From Candidatus Bathyarchaeota archaeon (lineage in GTDB: Archaea > Thermoproteota > Bathyarchaeia > Bathyarchaeales > Bathycorpusculaceae): DNA of 64,000 bases. Location: NCBI GenBank assembly GCA_963767735.1, contig CAVYES010000002.1, forward strand, positions 64,001-128,000, given 5' to 3'. This document shows positions 41,803 to 51,775 of the stretch, one piece after another (position 1 is the first letter of the stretch; each line of letters opens with the position of its first letter). The position numbers were made by a program, and so were the translations under genes. The notes below the pieces were generated by a model. That model was not told the DNA's origin. It did no database searches and worked only from the letters and a program-made list of their open reading frames with translations.

Positions 41803-42332
41803 ACGTAAACCCCTATTTTAGATGCTTGAAAATAATTGCTTTTCGTGCTTAAAAGCGTGTTCATTGAATTCTGCAGATTTAACACGAAAAATCAGAAACT
41901 ACATAATAATAGTGCACTGAAAGCTTTTTTTCCATAAGTCCACAACCAACTCGTGATTGGATTGGTACCACTGATAGACACAGAGACAGACCGGGGGGAG
42001 GGTCATCTGCTTTAATTTCTAGTCAACGGAGACGCCCCTGTCAATCTTTCTATACATGCAATAAACGGTTAAAGCTCTTAACGATTCATGAGCAGCCATC
42101 TACTAAAAAACTTTGTCGAACGCTATCCCTACAAAACCTTAACTTCTATGAATAATTACTTGCAGGTCAAACAGGGATTTTAGCCCAATCAAGCTCCAAA
42201 CCGCACAGAAAGCCCTTGAAATCTTCAGACAAACATCTCTTACAGCTAAGCCTGCACCTAAGGCTTCTGATCTCCACGTAACATTGTTTTTTTTACCTAT
42301 TTTCCAATAGCCAAAATAGTCTATCTGCCACC

Positions 42333-42373
42333 CATTCAATTTTGCTATTGAAATTTGGTTGCTAAATTGATAC
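42333..42373. repeat. Bipartite 41-bp repeat, copy 1
   Basis: CATTCAATTTTGCTA-N11-TTGCTAAATTGATAC; both 15-bp arms are identical to copy 2 at 47399-47439. Confidence 0.8.
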
Positions 42374-42463
42374 TCTCTCCCCTTAGTGCGTTTTTCAAAA
42401 ACCATTTATTCTCACCCAACTAGAATACCAGTTGACCCGTTTGAGTTAGTTTGGTGTTGGTTG

Positions 42464-43078
42464 ATGATTGTTGGGGCTGTTGTGTTGGCGGCTGGCAAAT
42501 CTGAAAGGATGGGGCAGAACAAGCTTTTTTTGCGTTTGAAAGGAAAAGCGCTAATAGATAACGTTTTGGATGCAGTTGAGGCTGCAGGATTAGCTGAGCA
42601 GGTTATTGTGTTAGGACATGAAGTTGAACTGTTAATTGAAGCATTAAAACCAAGGGTGAACACGCTAAAGATAGCAGTTAATGAAGATTACGAGCAAGGG
42701 ATGACTTCTTCTTTTCAAAAGGGGCTTCGAACGCTGCCTTACGTGGATGCCGCGTTTTTGGTTCTCGGCGATGAACCCATTTTTGAATCTAACTTTTTGA
42801 AGTTAATGGTGCAGCAGATGGAAAATAGCCAAGGCAAAGCGTTGATTGTTAGTCCGATTCATAAAGGGAAGAAGGGGCACCCCCTGCTTTTTCATAGGCA
42901 ACTTTTCCCAGAAATATTAAGCCTTAAAAACTCTCAAACTATACGCGAAATTGTTCATAGATACACTGATCGGCTGCTTACAATTGAGGCGCCCCAGTGG
43001 ACAATCATGGACATTGACACTCCAGAGGACTACGCACGGGTCAGGGGCTTAATAAAAACTGGCACCTGGGTTCTTTAG
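42464..43078 (+). CDS. mocA: Molybdenum cofactor cytidylyltransferase (MocA-like NTP transferase)
   Basis: VLAAGKSERMGQNKL, GMTSS, LGDEP, GHPLLF, DIDTPEDY; adjacent to XdhC and a Mo-hydroxylase. Confidence 0.85.
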   Translation: MIVGAVVLAAGKSERMGQNKLFLRLKGKALIDNVLDAVEAAGLAEQVIVLGHEVELLIEALKPRVNTLKIAVNEDYEQGMTSSFQKGLRTLPYVDAAFLVLGDEPIFESNFLKLMVQQMENSQGKALIVSPIHKGKKGHPLLFHRQLFPEILSLKNSQTIREIVHRYTDRLLTIEAPQWTIMDIDTPEDYARVRGLIKTGTWVL

Positions 43079-43085
43079 AATCGCT

Positions 43086-43883
43086 TTACTCATGCCGTTT
43101 TCTTTGGGATTGGATAATTTCGGCAAGTATGCTTATCCCGATTTCTTCAGGCGTCTCTGCACCTATATCTAAACCCGATGGAGTATGCAGTGCTTTTATG
43201 TGAGTTTCCCTAACGCCTTCAGTTCGAAGTTTCTCAGTGAGAATTTCTTTTTTCTTTGGGCTACCAAGTAAGCCGACATATGCGGTGTTTTTTTCAATTA
43301 CGGCTTTTAACGCAGCATAATCATGTTCAGGTTCACCGTGAGCGATGACTACAGAGTCGGTTTGGCTAAACTCGAATTCGCTGAGGATTTTTGCGTAGTT
43401 GCCTGCGATGATGGTTTCAGCCATAGGGAACTTTTCTTTGCTTGCAAGTTTGCGTTCGTCGTCAACGATGACTACTTTGAAGCCTGCAGTACTGGCTAGC
43501 TTTGCTAAGGGCAGGGCCACGTGACCCGTGCCTACTATGACCAGTCGGGGGGCGGGTTCGATTGCGTCGACTAGTATTGTTAATTCGCCGCCGCAAATCA
43601 TGCCTGTTCCAACGGTGCCGTCTTTCTGGTTTTTACTCAGATTAAAAGTGACGACTCTTGACCTATGCTCTTTTATGGATTTTAAGCACTCGCTGATTAA
43701 GGCGCGCTCAACGTTGCCTCCGCCTATGGTGCCATAAGTTGATCCGTCCTCTCTGACAATCATCTTGGCTCCAACATCGCGGGGACCAGAACCTTTTTTC
43801 TCAACAACTGTACATAAAGCAACACTTTTTCCTTTTTCGAGTAACCGAGTCGCTTCAGTTAAAACTTCTAAATCAGTAGGCAT
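43086..43883 (-). CDS. xdhC: XdhC/CoxI-family Mo-cofactor insertion chaperone
   Basis: GSGPRDVGAKM, GTIGGG, GMICGG, YVGLLGS, GLDIGAETPEEI. Confidence 0.92.
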   Translation of the reverse strand: MPTDLEVLTEATRLLEKGKSVALCTVVEKKGSGPRDVGAKMIVREDGSTYGTIGGGNVERALISECLKSIKEHRSRVVTFNLSKNQKDGTVGTGMICGGELTILVDAIEPAPRLVIVGTGHVALPLAKLASTAGFKVVIVDDERKLASKEKFPMAETIIAGNYAKILSEFEFSQTDSVVIAHGEPEHDYAALKAVIEKNTAYVGLLGSPKKKEILTEKLRTEGVRETHIKALHTPSGLDIGAETPEEIGISILAEIIQSQRKRHE

Positions 43884-43920
43884 TAAAAAACCACATTAAT
43901 AAATAATTAGAAATTGGCAT

Positions 43921-45945
43921 TTAGGCTTTCGCTTCGAGGAGTTCTTGGGGTTTAACAGGCGTGTGTCTTATGTGTTTGCCCGATACTTTTTCTATGGCTC
44001 TTACTACGGCTAAGGGTACACCAATCGTTGGGGCTTCACCTAAGCCTCTGGCATGATGCGGCATCTTCGAGGGGTGCTCAACGATTTGAATGGTGAATTT
44101 AGGCATGTTTTCGGCGATGGATAAGCCTGCGTCGAATAGGTTTTTTGTTAGCAGGTTGCCTTCTGCGTCATGTACGACTTCTTCGTAGAGTACTTGTCCG
44201 ATACCTTGTATAGTTCCGCCGATGATTTGGCTTTCAATCATCTTTGGATTAAGTGCTCTGCCAACATCGTAGCAGCCAGCGCATTCCTTCACCTTAACTA
44301 TGCCGAACTTGTCGATGCTGACCGTTGCGAGGACTGCGCCAAAAGAGTTTAATTGCACATTTTGGTTTTCATAAACCTCTGATGAATAATTGCCCCTCAA
44401 CAAGTTTTCTACTGTGTAGTTTCCTTCCTTGTTTTCAACTTGTTTCTTCAGTTTTCGGGCTGCTGCAACGACTGCGGCTCCGCCGACAACGGCGGTTCTG
44501 CTTCCCCAACTCCCCACGCCATCCTTAAGCATGCTCGTGTCGCCTCTGTTCAAAGTTACTATGTCTTGGGGGATTCTGAGTTCTTCGTTAAGCAGTTTCT
44601 TGACAAAGACATAGTGTTCTTGACCGTGCTGGTTTCCGCCCAGCCAAACGTTTACTTTGCCGTCTTGCACATTTATTCGGGCAGACTCTCCTCCCCAGAT
44701 GGCTGAGAGTAAAACGAAAAATCCAAGCCCTGCCTTATCGCTTCGTGATTTTTCCTTGTATTTTAAGTCTAAGGCGGCTTGCTTAAAGAATGGGCGTGAA
44801 GCTTCAATCTCTAACCCCAAGGGGGATTTGAAGTTCTCTGTTGTTGTGTTAATGAGGCGAACTTCGTCAGCTTCCATTCCAAGCTCATCAGCCAGCAGAT
44901 CCATCATGCGTTCCCTAAAGAATGCCGCTTCAGGTCTGCCTGCGCCTCGATATGGACCCTGCGGGGGCTTGTTAGTCATAACTGAAGTTGCGAGCACATG
45001 TGCTTTTTCGATGCCGTAAGGACCAGTTAACTGCATACCGATGAAAAAAGGCGACGCTGACCCAGCGCTTCCGCCAAAAGCACCCGCATCTACCAGCACT
45101 TCGCCACGCCACCCCGTTACTTTGCCGTCTTTGTCGGCGTATATCTTCATTTTGCCTCGTACTCCTCTTCCAGGTTGGCTAGCGGCTAGGTGTTCACTGC
45201 GGCTTTCGATCCATTTTACAGGTCGTTTGTACTTCATAGCGGCGTAGGCTGCTATGATATATTCTGGGTAAAGGGCGCTTTTCGAGCCGAACGCGCCTCC
45301 AGTATCTGCCTGAATAACCCGCACCGTGGACTCATCTATTTTAAGTGTCGATGCCAACCCTTCTTTGATGCTGAAGACCGCTTGGGTGGAAATGTAGATG
45401 GTTAATTGGGAGCCGTCATAGTCTGCAATTAAGCCTCTTGGTTCTAAAGGGTTATTTACGATTCGCGCAATTGAAAACTCGTCTTCCAAGATAACGGGTG
45501 ATTTGGGGTCTTCAAAATCGGTGCCCAGCCATCTTTGCATGATAATGTTTGATTTTGTTCCTCTATGCAGAGGTTCGCCTAAAAGGGCTTCATCTATGGT
45601 CAGGATGGGCTTTAGCTTTTCATATTCGACTTCTACTTCATCTAGTTTATCTTCAGCAGCGTAACGGTCGTCTGCAAAAACTGCCGCAACAGGTTGCCCC
45701 ACATAGTTTACGGTATCCTGCGCAAAAACGGGGTGTGCCGAAGCAGGGTTTACGGGTCCGCCCCAACCTTCCCCTCCGCCGCCTACAACTGCTTTTAAGT
45801 CACTTTGGTTCAAGCCGCCTTTTACCGAAAGCACCCGCGCCCGCGCATGAGGACTCCTTGCCACCGTCATATGCAACATATTGGTCAGCTTGATGTCATC
45901 AACGTATTTTCCTGCGCCTCTAACCAGCAGTTTGGATTCGCTCAC
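43921..45945 (-). CDS. Xanthine-oxidase-family molybdopterin-binding large subunit (CoxL/CutA-like)
   Basis: GKYVDD, TGGAFGSK, active-site loop GPYRGAGRPE, GSWGSR, QIIGG..QGIG, GLGE. Confidence 0.92.
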   Translation of the reverse strand: MSESKLLVRGAGKYVDDIKLTNMLHMTVARSPHARARVLSVKGGLNQSDLKAVVGGGGEGWGGPVNPASAHPVFAQDTVNYVGQPVAAVFADDRYAAEDKLDEVEVEYEKLKPILTIDEALLGEPLHRGTKSNIIMQRWLGTDFEDPKSPVILEDEFSIARIVNNPLEPRGLIADYDGSQLTIYISTQAVFSIKEGLASTLKIDESTVRVIQADTGGAFGSKSALYPEYIIAAYAAMKYKRPVKWIESRSEHLAASQPGRGVRGKMKIYADKDGKVTGWRGEVLVDAGAFGGSAGSASPFFIGMQLTGPYGIEKAHVLATSVMTNKPPQGPYRGAGRPEAAFFRERMMDLLADELGMEADEVRLINTTTENFKSPLGLEIEASRPFFKQAALDLKYKEKSRSDKAGLGFFVLLSAIWGGESARINVQDGKVNVWLGGNQHGQEHYVFVKKLLNEELRIPQDIVTLNRGDTSMLKDGVGSWGSRTAVVGGAAVVAAARKLKKQVENKEGNYTVENLLRGNYSSEVYENQNVQLNSFGAVLATVSIDKFGIVKVKECAGCYDVGRALNPKMIESQIIGGTIQGIGQVLYEEVVHDAEGNLLTKNLFDAGLSIAENMPKFTIQIVEHPSKMPHHARGLGEAPTIGVPLAVVRAIEKVSGKHIRHTPVKPQELLEAKA

Positions 45946-46439
45946 TCTTCGTCACCGCCTTGCTTTCTCATCAATTCATTTGCATACTTGACGGCTTCCA
46001 CAATTCCATAGTAACCCGTGCAGCGGCATAAATTGCCTGAGAGCATCTTCTTTATCTCTTCATCACTAAAATCCCTGTTTTGCCTCAAAATCCAATAAGA
46101 AGTCATTATCATCCCCGGCGTGCAAAAGCCGCATTGCAACCCTTGCTTTTCGATAAACGCCTTCTGCAGCGGATGCAAGTCACCTTCTTTTGCCAATCCT
46201 TCAATGGTGAGTATTTCTTTGCCGTTTGCCTGCACGCCAAGCATCGTGCAGGATTTGACTACTTTACCATCCACCAAAACTGTGCATGCACCACAATTCG
46301 TCGTATCACAGGCATTGTGCGTGCCTGTTAGCCCAAGGTCTTCTCTAAGCACACTCACAAGTAACCTTCTTGGCTCTAATTCAAACTCAACAGGTTTCCC
46401 ATTCACCTTAAAACTTGTCTTAACTTTTCTCATAGTCAC
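45942..46439 (-). CDS. 2Fe-2S small subunit (CoxS-like)
   Basis: CDTTNCGAC, QCGFCTPG, NLCRCTGY. Confidence 0.95.
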   Translation of the reverse strand: MTMRKVKTSFKVNGKPVEFELEPRRLLVSVLREDLGLTGTHNACDTTNCGACTVLVDGKVVKSCTMLGVQANGKEILTIEGLAKEGDLHPLQKAFIEKQGLQCGFCTPGMIMTSYWILRQNRDFSDEEIKKMLSGNLCRCTGYYGIVEAVKYANELMRKQGGDEE

Positions 46440-47307
46440 CCATCACCGCTCGCTTAAACGCAGCTTCCAGAGCGTCTTTCACTAAGATATCGAGCACTTT
46501 GCGCCGATAATCTTCTGACGCAGTAATATCCGTAACCGGTTTTGACGCTTCTACCGCCAACTTTGCAACATTATCCAGTGCAGTTGCTTCAAGAGTCTTT
46601 CCTATGAAAGCCTGTTCAGCTTCTGGAGCCCTCAACGCCTTAGGACCGACAGCAGTCATTGCTAGCCTGCATTCAGAAACCATATTATCATCCGAAACCG
46701 AAACATGCGCTGCAGCACCAGCTATAGCGAAACCGCCAGAGCCTTTCTTGACTTTGCGGTAAGCACTCCCAACCCTGCCTTCCTGCAGGGGTATCTGGAT
46801 TTCAGTAAGAACCTCGTTTGGTTTAAGTACGGTTTTAAATTTGCCTAAAAAGAATGCGTCTGAATGGATAATTCTCGTTCCCTCTTTACTAGCTATCGCA
46901 AATGATGCGTTTAAGGCAAGCATCGTCGCTGGCAGGTCGTTTGCTGGGGCCGCATGGCATAAGTTGCCGCCGACGGTGCCCAGGTTCCTGACTAATGGGT
47001 CAGCGATTTCCGCTGCGGTCTCCGTTAAAATCGGCAGTAAAGCAGCAATCGCATTGTCATTTTCTAAAGTGCCCGTAGTTGTTAAAGCGCCGATTCTAAG
47101 CGTATTTTCTTCTTTGCAGATGTAATTGAGCTCTTTGATGCCCGTTATATCCACTACGTTTTTAGGAGAAAGAGTCCTCAGCTTCAAAGCAGGTATTAAG
47201 CTCTGCCCGCCCGCCAAAATTTTCGTTTCAACGCCCAACGTTTGAAGAAGCTCTAAAGCGTCGGCAAGGTTCTTCGGCGAAAAATAATCAAAAGGTCGAG
47301 GAAACAT
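46420..47307 (-). CDS. FAD-binding medium subunit (CoxM-like)
   Basis: LAGGQSL, VRNLGTVGGNLCHAAPAND, SEDYRR; start taken at MFPRPFDY. Confidence 0.93.
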   Translation of the reverse strand: MFPRPFDYFSPKNLADALELLQTLGVETKILAGGQSLIPALKLRTLSPKNVVDITGIKELNYICKEENTLRIGALTTTGTLENDNAIAALLPILTETAAEIADPLVRNLGTVGGNLCHAAPANDLPATMLALNASFAIASKEGTRIIHSDAFFLGKFKTVLKPNEVLTEIQIPLQEGRVGSAYRKVKKGSGGFAIAGAAAHVSVSDDNMVSECRLAMTAVGPKALRAPEAEQAFIGKTLEATALDNVAKLAVEASKPVTDITASEDYRRKVLDILVKDALEAAFKRAVMGDYEKS

Positions 47308-47398
47308 AACAAAGACCCTGTTAAACAGAAAGATTTTGCGAAATATAAACACTATTGGATGCGCACAAATCGTTTTCTTTAAGTGCTAGCCGCTTCTG

Positions 47399-47439
47399 CA
47401 TTCAATTTTGCTAAAGCAATTCAATTGCTAAATTGATAC
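47399..47439. repeat. Bipartite 41-bp repeat, copy 2
   Basis: CATTCAATTTTGCTA-AAGCAATTCAA-TTGCTAAATTGATAC, in the same orientation as copy 1. Confidence 0.8.
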
Positions 47440-47524
47440 CTACTCTCGAAAGAATTAAAAATAATTAATTAATACGGTCAAGCTAACAAGTAACTATCAT
47501 TAACATTAATGGATATAGTGATGT

Positions 47525-47749
47525 TTGTTGACGGATAAATCAACGGAGCAAAATAAGAAAAGAAAATTTTCAGTTAAATTCTGTCCAAAATGCGGTTCAC
47601 CTGATGTGTTCTGGGCTCAAGGCATGCCTCAACTATGGTCGATATGGCAGTGCAAAAACTGCGGTTACCGGGGAGCATTGATTCTTGAAGATGGTAACCT
47701 TGCCGAAAAGCTTCAAAAAGAATGGAAAGGCACACACTTGAAGAAATAA
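47525..47749 (+). CDS. Small zinc-ribbon protein
   Basis: FCPKCGS...WQCKNCGY. Confidence 0.8.
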   Translation: MLTDKSTEQNKKRKFSVKFCPKCGSPDVFWAQGMPQLWSIWQCKNCGYRGALILEDGNLAEKLQKEWKGTHLKK

Positions 47750-47859
47750 AATCTTAATGGCAAGCAAAATCGTGTTTTCATGCGGCTACCCGTTGAAAGG
47801 TTTAATGTAAGTTTTTAAATCACTTAGCAGACTTAACATGTACATGGAGCAAGCGTCAA

Positions 47860-48681
47860 GTGTCTTACCACTTTAACATCCCATACCGAAGTAACACCAA
47901 ACTCAAGGCAGTTATGGAGAGAATAAAAGAAGACAAGAAACTGCAAACTTACTGGAAATGCGCCAACGTTATGGCGATTGAGCGAATGGGCTATACTGAT
48001 CATGGTCCGACGCACGTTAAAATTGTGGCGAACCTTGGGTTGAAGCTGCTGAGAATTCTTGTTGAGAAAAAACTCATAACGCCGAGCATAGTGGAAAATT
48101 ATGGAATGACAAATGATGATGCTGAAGTTGTTGTTGTTTTAGGCTCAATCTTCCACGATTTAGGCATGATTGTCCAAAGGTACAGACATGAAGAGTACGG
48201 TGCGCTTTTAGCTTTAGAGTTTTTGGAGAAATGTTTGCCGCCAACCTACAGTGAAGAAGAAATCGCAATAGTGACTTCGGAAGTCCTCCATGCAATCGTA
48301 ACCCATGATGGAGATGCCGGCAGCAACAAACCGCCTCACAATAAGATATTAACCAAAGAAGCAGGCATAGTCAGCATAGCTGACGCATTGGACATGGAAG
48401 CAGGAAGAGCCCGAATCCCCTTTCAAGCTGGAAAAGTAGACATCCACGCCGTCTCAGCCCTCTCCATTGAAAAAGTGGAAGTGGAATGTGCCGAAAACGT
48501 TGAAAACGGGCAAAAACCAATCAACATAAAAATTAAAATGTCCAACTCAGCAGGCGTATTTCAAATAGATGAGCTCCTAAAACCAAGAATCGTAAATTCA
48601 GGACTTGAACAATTCTTCCACGTAATCGCAGAAATCACAGGAGAAAAAGAAAATAGAATAATAGAGAAATTCGAGATCTAA
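47860..48681 (+). CDS. HD-domain metal-dependent phosphohydrolase
   Basis: DHGPTH, FHDLG, HAIVTH, ADALD. Confidence 0.9.
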   Translation: MSYHFNIPYRSNTKLKAVMERIKEDKKLQTYWKCANVMAIERMGYTDHGPTHVKIVANLGLKLLRILVEKKLITPSIVENYGMTNDDAEVVVVLGSIFHDLGMIVQRYRHEEYGALLALEFLEKCLPPTYSEEEIAIVTSEVLHAIVTHDGDAGSNKPPHNKILTKEAGIVSIADALDMEAGRARIPFQAGKVDIHAVSALSIEKVEVECAENVENGQKPINIKIKMSNSAGVFQIDELLKPRIVNSGLEQFFHVIAEITGEKENRIIEKFEI

Positions 48682-48882
48682 AATTCTTTTTGCCACTTAC
48701 TCGAGCTTGCTTGAGATAACTTTTTTTATTTTTCTTTATATACTCAAATTTGTAGAAAACTCTACTTAAAACGTTAATTCAAACCCTAAATCCGAAAACA
48801 ACTTCAAAAACAAGCCAAAACCCCGCCTACCTATAGACCACCCTACTATTTGTGCCCAAAACCAGCCACAAAAACGGGGGGT

Positions 48883-50232
48883 TTATCCGTCTGTGCCGTA
48901 GCCGCTGATTGTGACAACTGCGTTTGTTGAGCTGGCGCTTGATTGTGCGTCTATCACAACGCCTGAAATTATGTCTTGCGAGGGATACAATTGCATCATT
49001 TGGTCGTTACTTAGCCATACTGCTCCGCTGCTGGTGAAGGTTTGAGTTACGCCGTTTGAGATTACGTTGTCAGCAAATAGCAAGCGAATTCTGACGGTGA
49101 CGGTCTCGTTGTTGGCGAAGTTGCCTTCAACTTGAATTTGGGGTTCGAAAGTGAAAATATCTAGCGGAAGCACTTGGATAGTCGTGTTAGCGCCATACTG
49201 GCTGTTTACGCCTACTGGAATATTGACGTTTTCTCTTTCAAATGCGCTGCTGACTCCAGAAATCCATATGCCATAGGGGTTATGAATGCTCGCTGTCCAA
49301 TTGCCTAAGAAGTTGACGCCGCCGTCGATAGTTGGGGCAGGATTACATGTTTGTTCAAGACCTATCGCGAACATGTCATTTGGAACATCAGTGAAGGATT
49401 CAAACACAACACCAATTAGCAGGGTCTGGTCCATTGAGCCGCCAACTAAAAGTCCGGTTTGATTAGTTACTCCATCTTGACCCATCCACATTCGGACATC
49501 CTGCAGTTGACTATCCGAAAACTGAGCAGACGGCTCAACGTTGATGCCGACGGAATTGTCTCTAATGTTGAAGAAGCAGCTGTCGATTTCTGAGCTGGCA
49601 TAGGAGCCAGTAGCGTTGCCAACGGGCGTCAGGAAAGCTATGCCTTGTGTGGCATTTATGAAACTGCAATCTTCAATTTTTGTGTCTTCACTCCAAGATC
49701 TCGTATTAGCTAATTCGATGCCAACTGAAGTATTCTCGAAAATCATGTTAGAAATCGTTGTTCCAAATGAGTTCTCAACTGCAACGGTTCCATCGATTAT
49801 AGTTAAACCTGAAATGGTCGCGTACTGGGAATCCGTGTAGTTGTCGCCGTAAATGATTATTTCATGTCCATTGCCAATTATGGTTGCTCCGTTGCCAACG
49901 ATTTGAGCATTTATTTTGTTGGAAACCAAAACGTTCCCGCTTAAAGTGTAAGTTCCAGGGTTAAGATAAACAGAGTTCCCCTGAGCAAACGCTGAATTAA
50001 TAGCTAACGAAGCACTTCCCGAAACGCTTGATGTGGAACCAGTTAACATGTTTTTTAATTGATAATTATTACCGTTTTGGGAAACAATAAAATCATATGG
50101 TATTGCGGAATCTCCAGAACTGCTGGGTCGGCTAAAAATCATGTAGGTGTTAAATGCGGACAGCGCAAGCAAAGCTACAAGAAGAACGGCGATAAGACGT
50201 TTAGATATAGTTATCTTTGAGTTTGCTTGCAT
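48883..50232 (-). CDS. Membrane-anchored secreted protein with a predicted pectin-lyase-like beta-helix
   Basis: N-terminal TM; AINSA...VYLNPGTY cap motif; stacked ISGLTI/ISNMIF/IEDCSF/IDSCFF repeats. Confidence 0.7.
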   Translation of the reverse strand: MQANSKITISKRLIAVLLVALLALSAFNTYMIFSRPSSSGDSAIPYDFIVSQNGNNYQLKNMLTGSTSSVSGSASLAINSAFAQGNSVYLNPGTYTLSGNVLVSNKINAQIVGNGATIIGNGHEIIIYGDNYTDSQYATISGLTIIDGTVAVENSFGTTISNMIFENTSVGIELANTRSWSEDTKIEDCSFINATQGIAFLTPVGNATGSYASSEIDSCFFNIRDNSVGINVEPSAQFSDSQLQDVRMWMGQDGVTNQTGLLVGGSMDQTLLIGVVFESFTDVPNDMFAIGLEQTCNPAPTIDGGVNFLGNWTASIHNPYGIWISGVSSAFERENVNIPVGVNSQYGANTTIQVLPLDIFTFEPQIQVEGNFANNETVTVRIRLLFADNVISNGVTQTFTSSGAVWLSNDQMMQLYPSQDIISGVVIDAQSSASSTNAVVTISGYGTDG

Positions 50233-50889
50233 TTTGAGGGCTCAAGCGGTTTTGAATTACATGTATAAACCATCGTTAATTAAATTTTATGCCATAAACG
50301 CATATTCAAACGCTTTTCAGGCACAACGCAAAATCCTTAAGATTGAATGTTGCAAAACAAAACAGCGAGGGAAGTTCTGAATGGCTCATCTCAAACGCCT
50401 CCAAAACATCAAAGCTTCTCTTGGCGTACTTTCTGTGCTTGTGCTCGTGCGTGGTCGCAGAAAACCTTATGCAGGGCAACCGATGCTTCTCCGTCTATTT
50501 TTTCAGTACTACTAGCCGTCTCCTTTCCCCTGTGTACTCACAGTTTCGACCCGATTTAAAGCAGATTTCGCGTACACTAATATGTAAAAAATTAAAATAT
50601 TATAGCAATCGCCCTCGCATGCATTTCTGCTTCACATGCACGTTGAACAAAAATAGCTACGGAAAAAACTGGCTTTGAAACGTTTTCTGTGCGGTAGAAG
50701 TTGAATGAGCTTGTTTACTATCTAATCAATGATTCGTGTTTTTCAAGCGATAAAGGCAATACGCAGATAACGCTAGCTCTGCAACTAATGGAAGCTGGAT
50801 TGGACGTTGTAATCACTGATCCAGACTGCACACAATACATTAGAAAACTAATGATGACAGAAAAGTTTATTATTTGTCCAAAAGCAAGG

Positions 50890-51186
50890 TCAAAGTTTCA
50901 CTATCTGGGCGTGGGGTATACCCTCTATATTCAGAACCGCATCAGGATGAACGTAACCTTCTTCTATAGCTTTTTTTACACAGCATTTGCCTACAAGGTT
51001 CACTATGGTTGAATTATCAATCATGCCCATGGCTTCTTCAACAGTTGCTTTTCTGCCATTATAAAATTCATCTTTAATATGGAAGACAATTTTGCCTTCC
51101 CGAAGAGTTCTGCCGAGCAGTTCACAGTCGCAGACCGCTAACAGTACATTTCTGCCCGCTTGCTTGAGGTTCACGTAGACTTCCAA
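50890..51186 (-). CDS. DUF424 family protein
   Basis: LLAVCDCELLG...FY.G...IVNLVG; conserved position after aIF-2beta. Confidence 0.88.
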   Translation of the reverse strand: MEVYVNLKQAGRNVLLAVCDCELLGRTLREGKIVFHIKDEFYNGRKATVEEAMGMIDNSTIVNLVGKCCVKKAIEEGYVHPDAVLNIEGIPHAQIVKL

Positions 51187-51196
51187 TTTAGGTCGC

Positions 51197-51607
51197 CTAT
51201 AACTGTTTAATAGATGATTTTGCTCCGCAAGCATTGCATACTAGAAAAGATAATCGTTTTTCCTTAACGATTCTGGTGTCAGGTCGTTTGCATATTGGGC
51301 AAACTACGTAACTATCTAAATACCGCTGTAGTAAGCGTTCAAAACTGTCGCGACGAAATTTTCCTTGAAAAATCGCTCTGGAATCTTGAAAAGTCGCCGC
51401 AGTAGCCATTTCACGAGTTAAGAACTTCAAAATATGCTGAGGATCGCGGTCCAAAGCATCAGCCACTTCTTTGAAATTAGCAATAATCGTTCGCATACCA
51501 ACCGTGTTAACATATAGGTTTGGCATTTCCAAGCGCTCATGCTTAGTGGAAACTTCGGGCATTTGAGCGCACGCCTTCTTCAGCAGATCCTCATAATTAA
51601 ACGACAT
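51197..51607 (-). CDS. eif2b: Translation initiation factor aIF-2 beta subunit
   Basis: TIIANFKEVA...RDPQH..KFL..E; zinc ribbon CPICKRPDT...CNACGA. Confidence 0.96.
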   Translation of the reverse strand: MSFNYEDLLKKACAQMPEVSTKHERLEMPNLYVNTVGMRTIIANFKEVADALDRDPQHILKFLTREMATAATFQDSRAIFQGKFRRDSFERLLQRYLDSYVVCPICKRPDTRIVKEKRLSFLVCNACGAKSSIKQL

Positions 51608-51775
51608 AACATTTACCATCCCATCAATCATTGTGACAGCCTGTATTTAAAAATTATAATCTGGAAGCAAGGGTTTACCATGTTAATCTACATATTTTGT
51701 ACAGAAAATCATTATAAATGCTTATGTAACAATGCTCATTAGTTTCAACAATACTAGGTAGAGGGGCTAACATAA

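Noticed and set aside
41950-42010. GTGATTG-N11-CTGA half C/D motif and a small G-rich hairpin
   Set aside because: Only half of a guide architecture; could be chance.
50343-51012. Short overlapping ORFs between the beta-helix gene and DUF424
   Set aside because: No motifs, they overlap each other, and one is antisense to DUF424.
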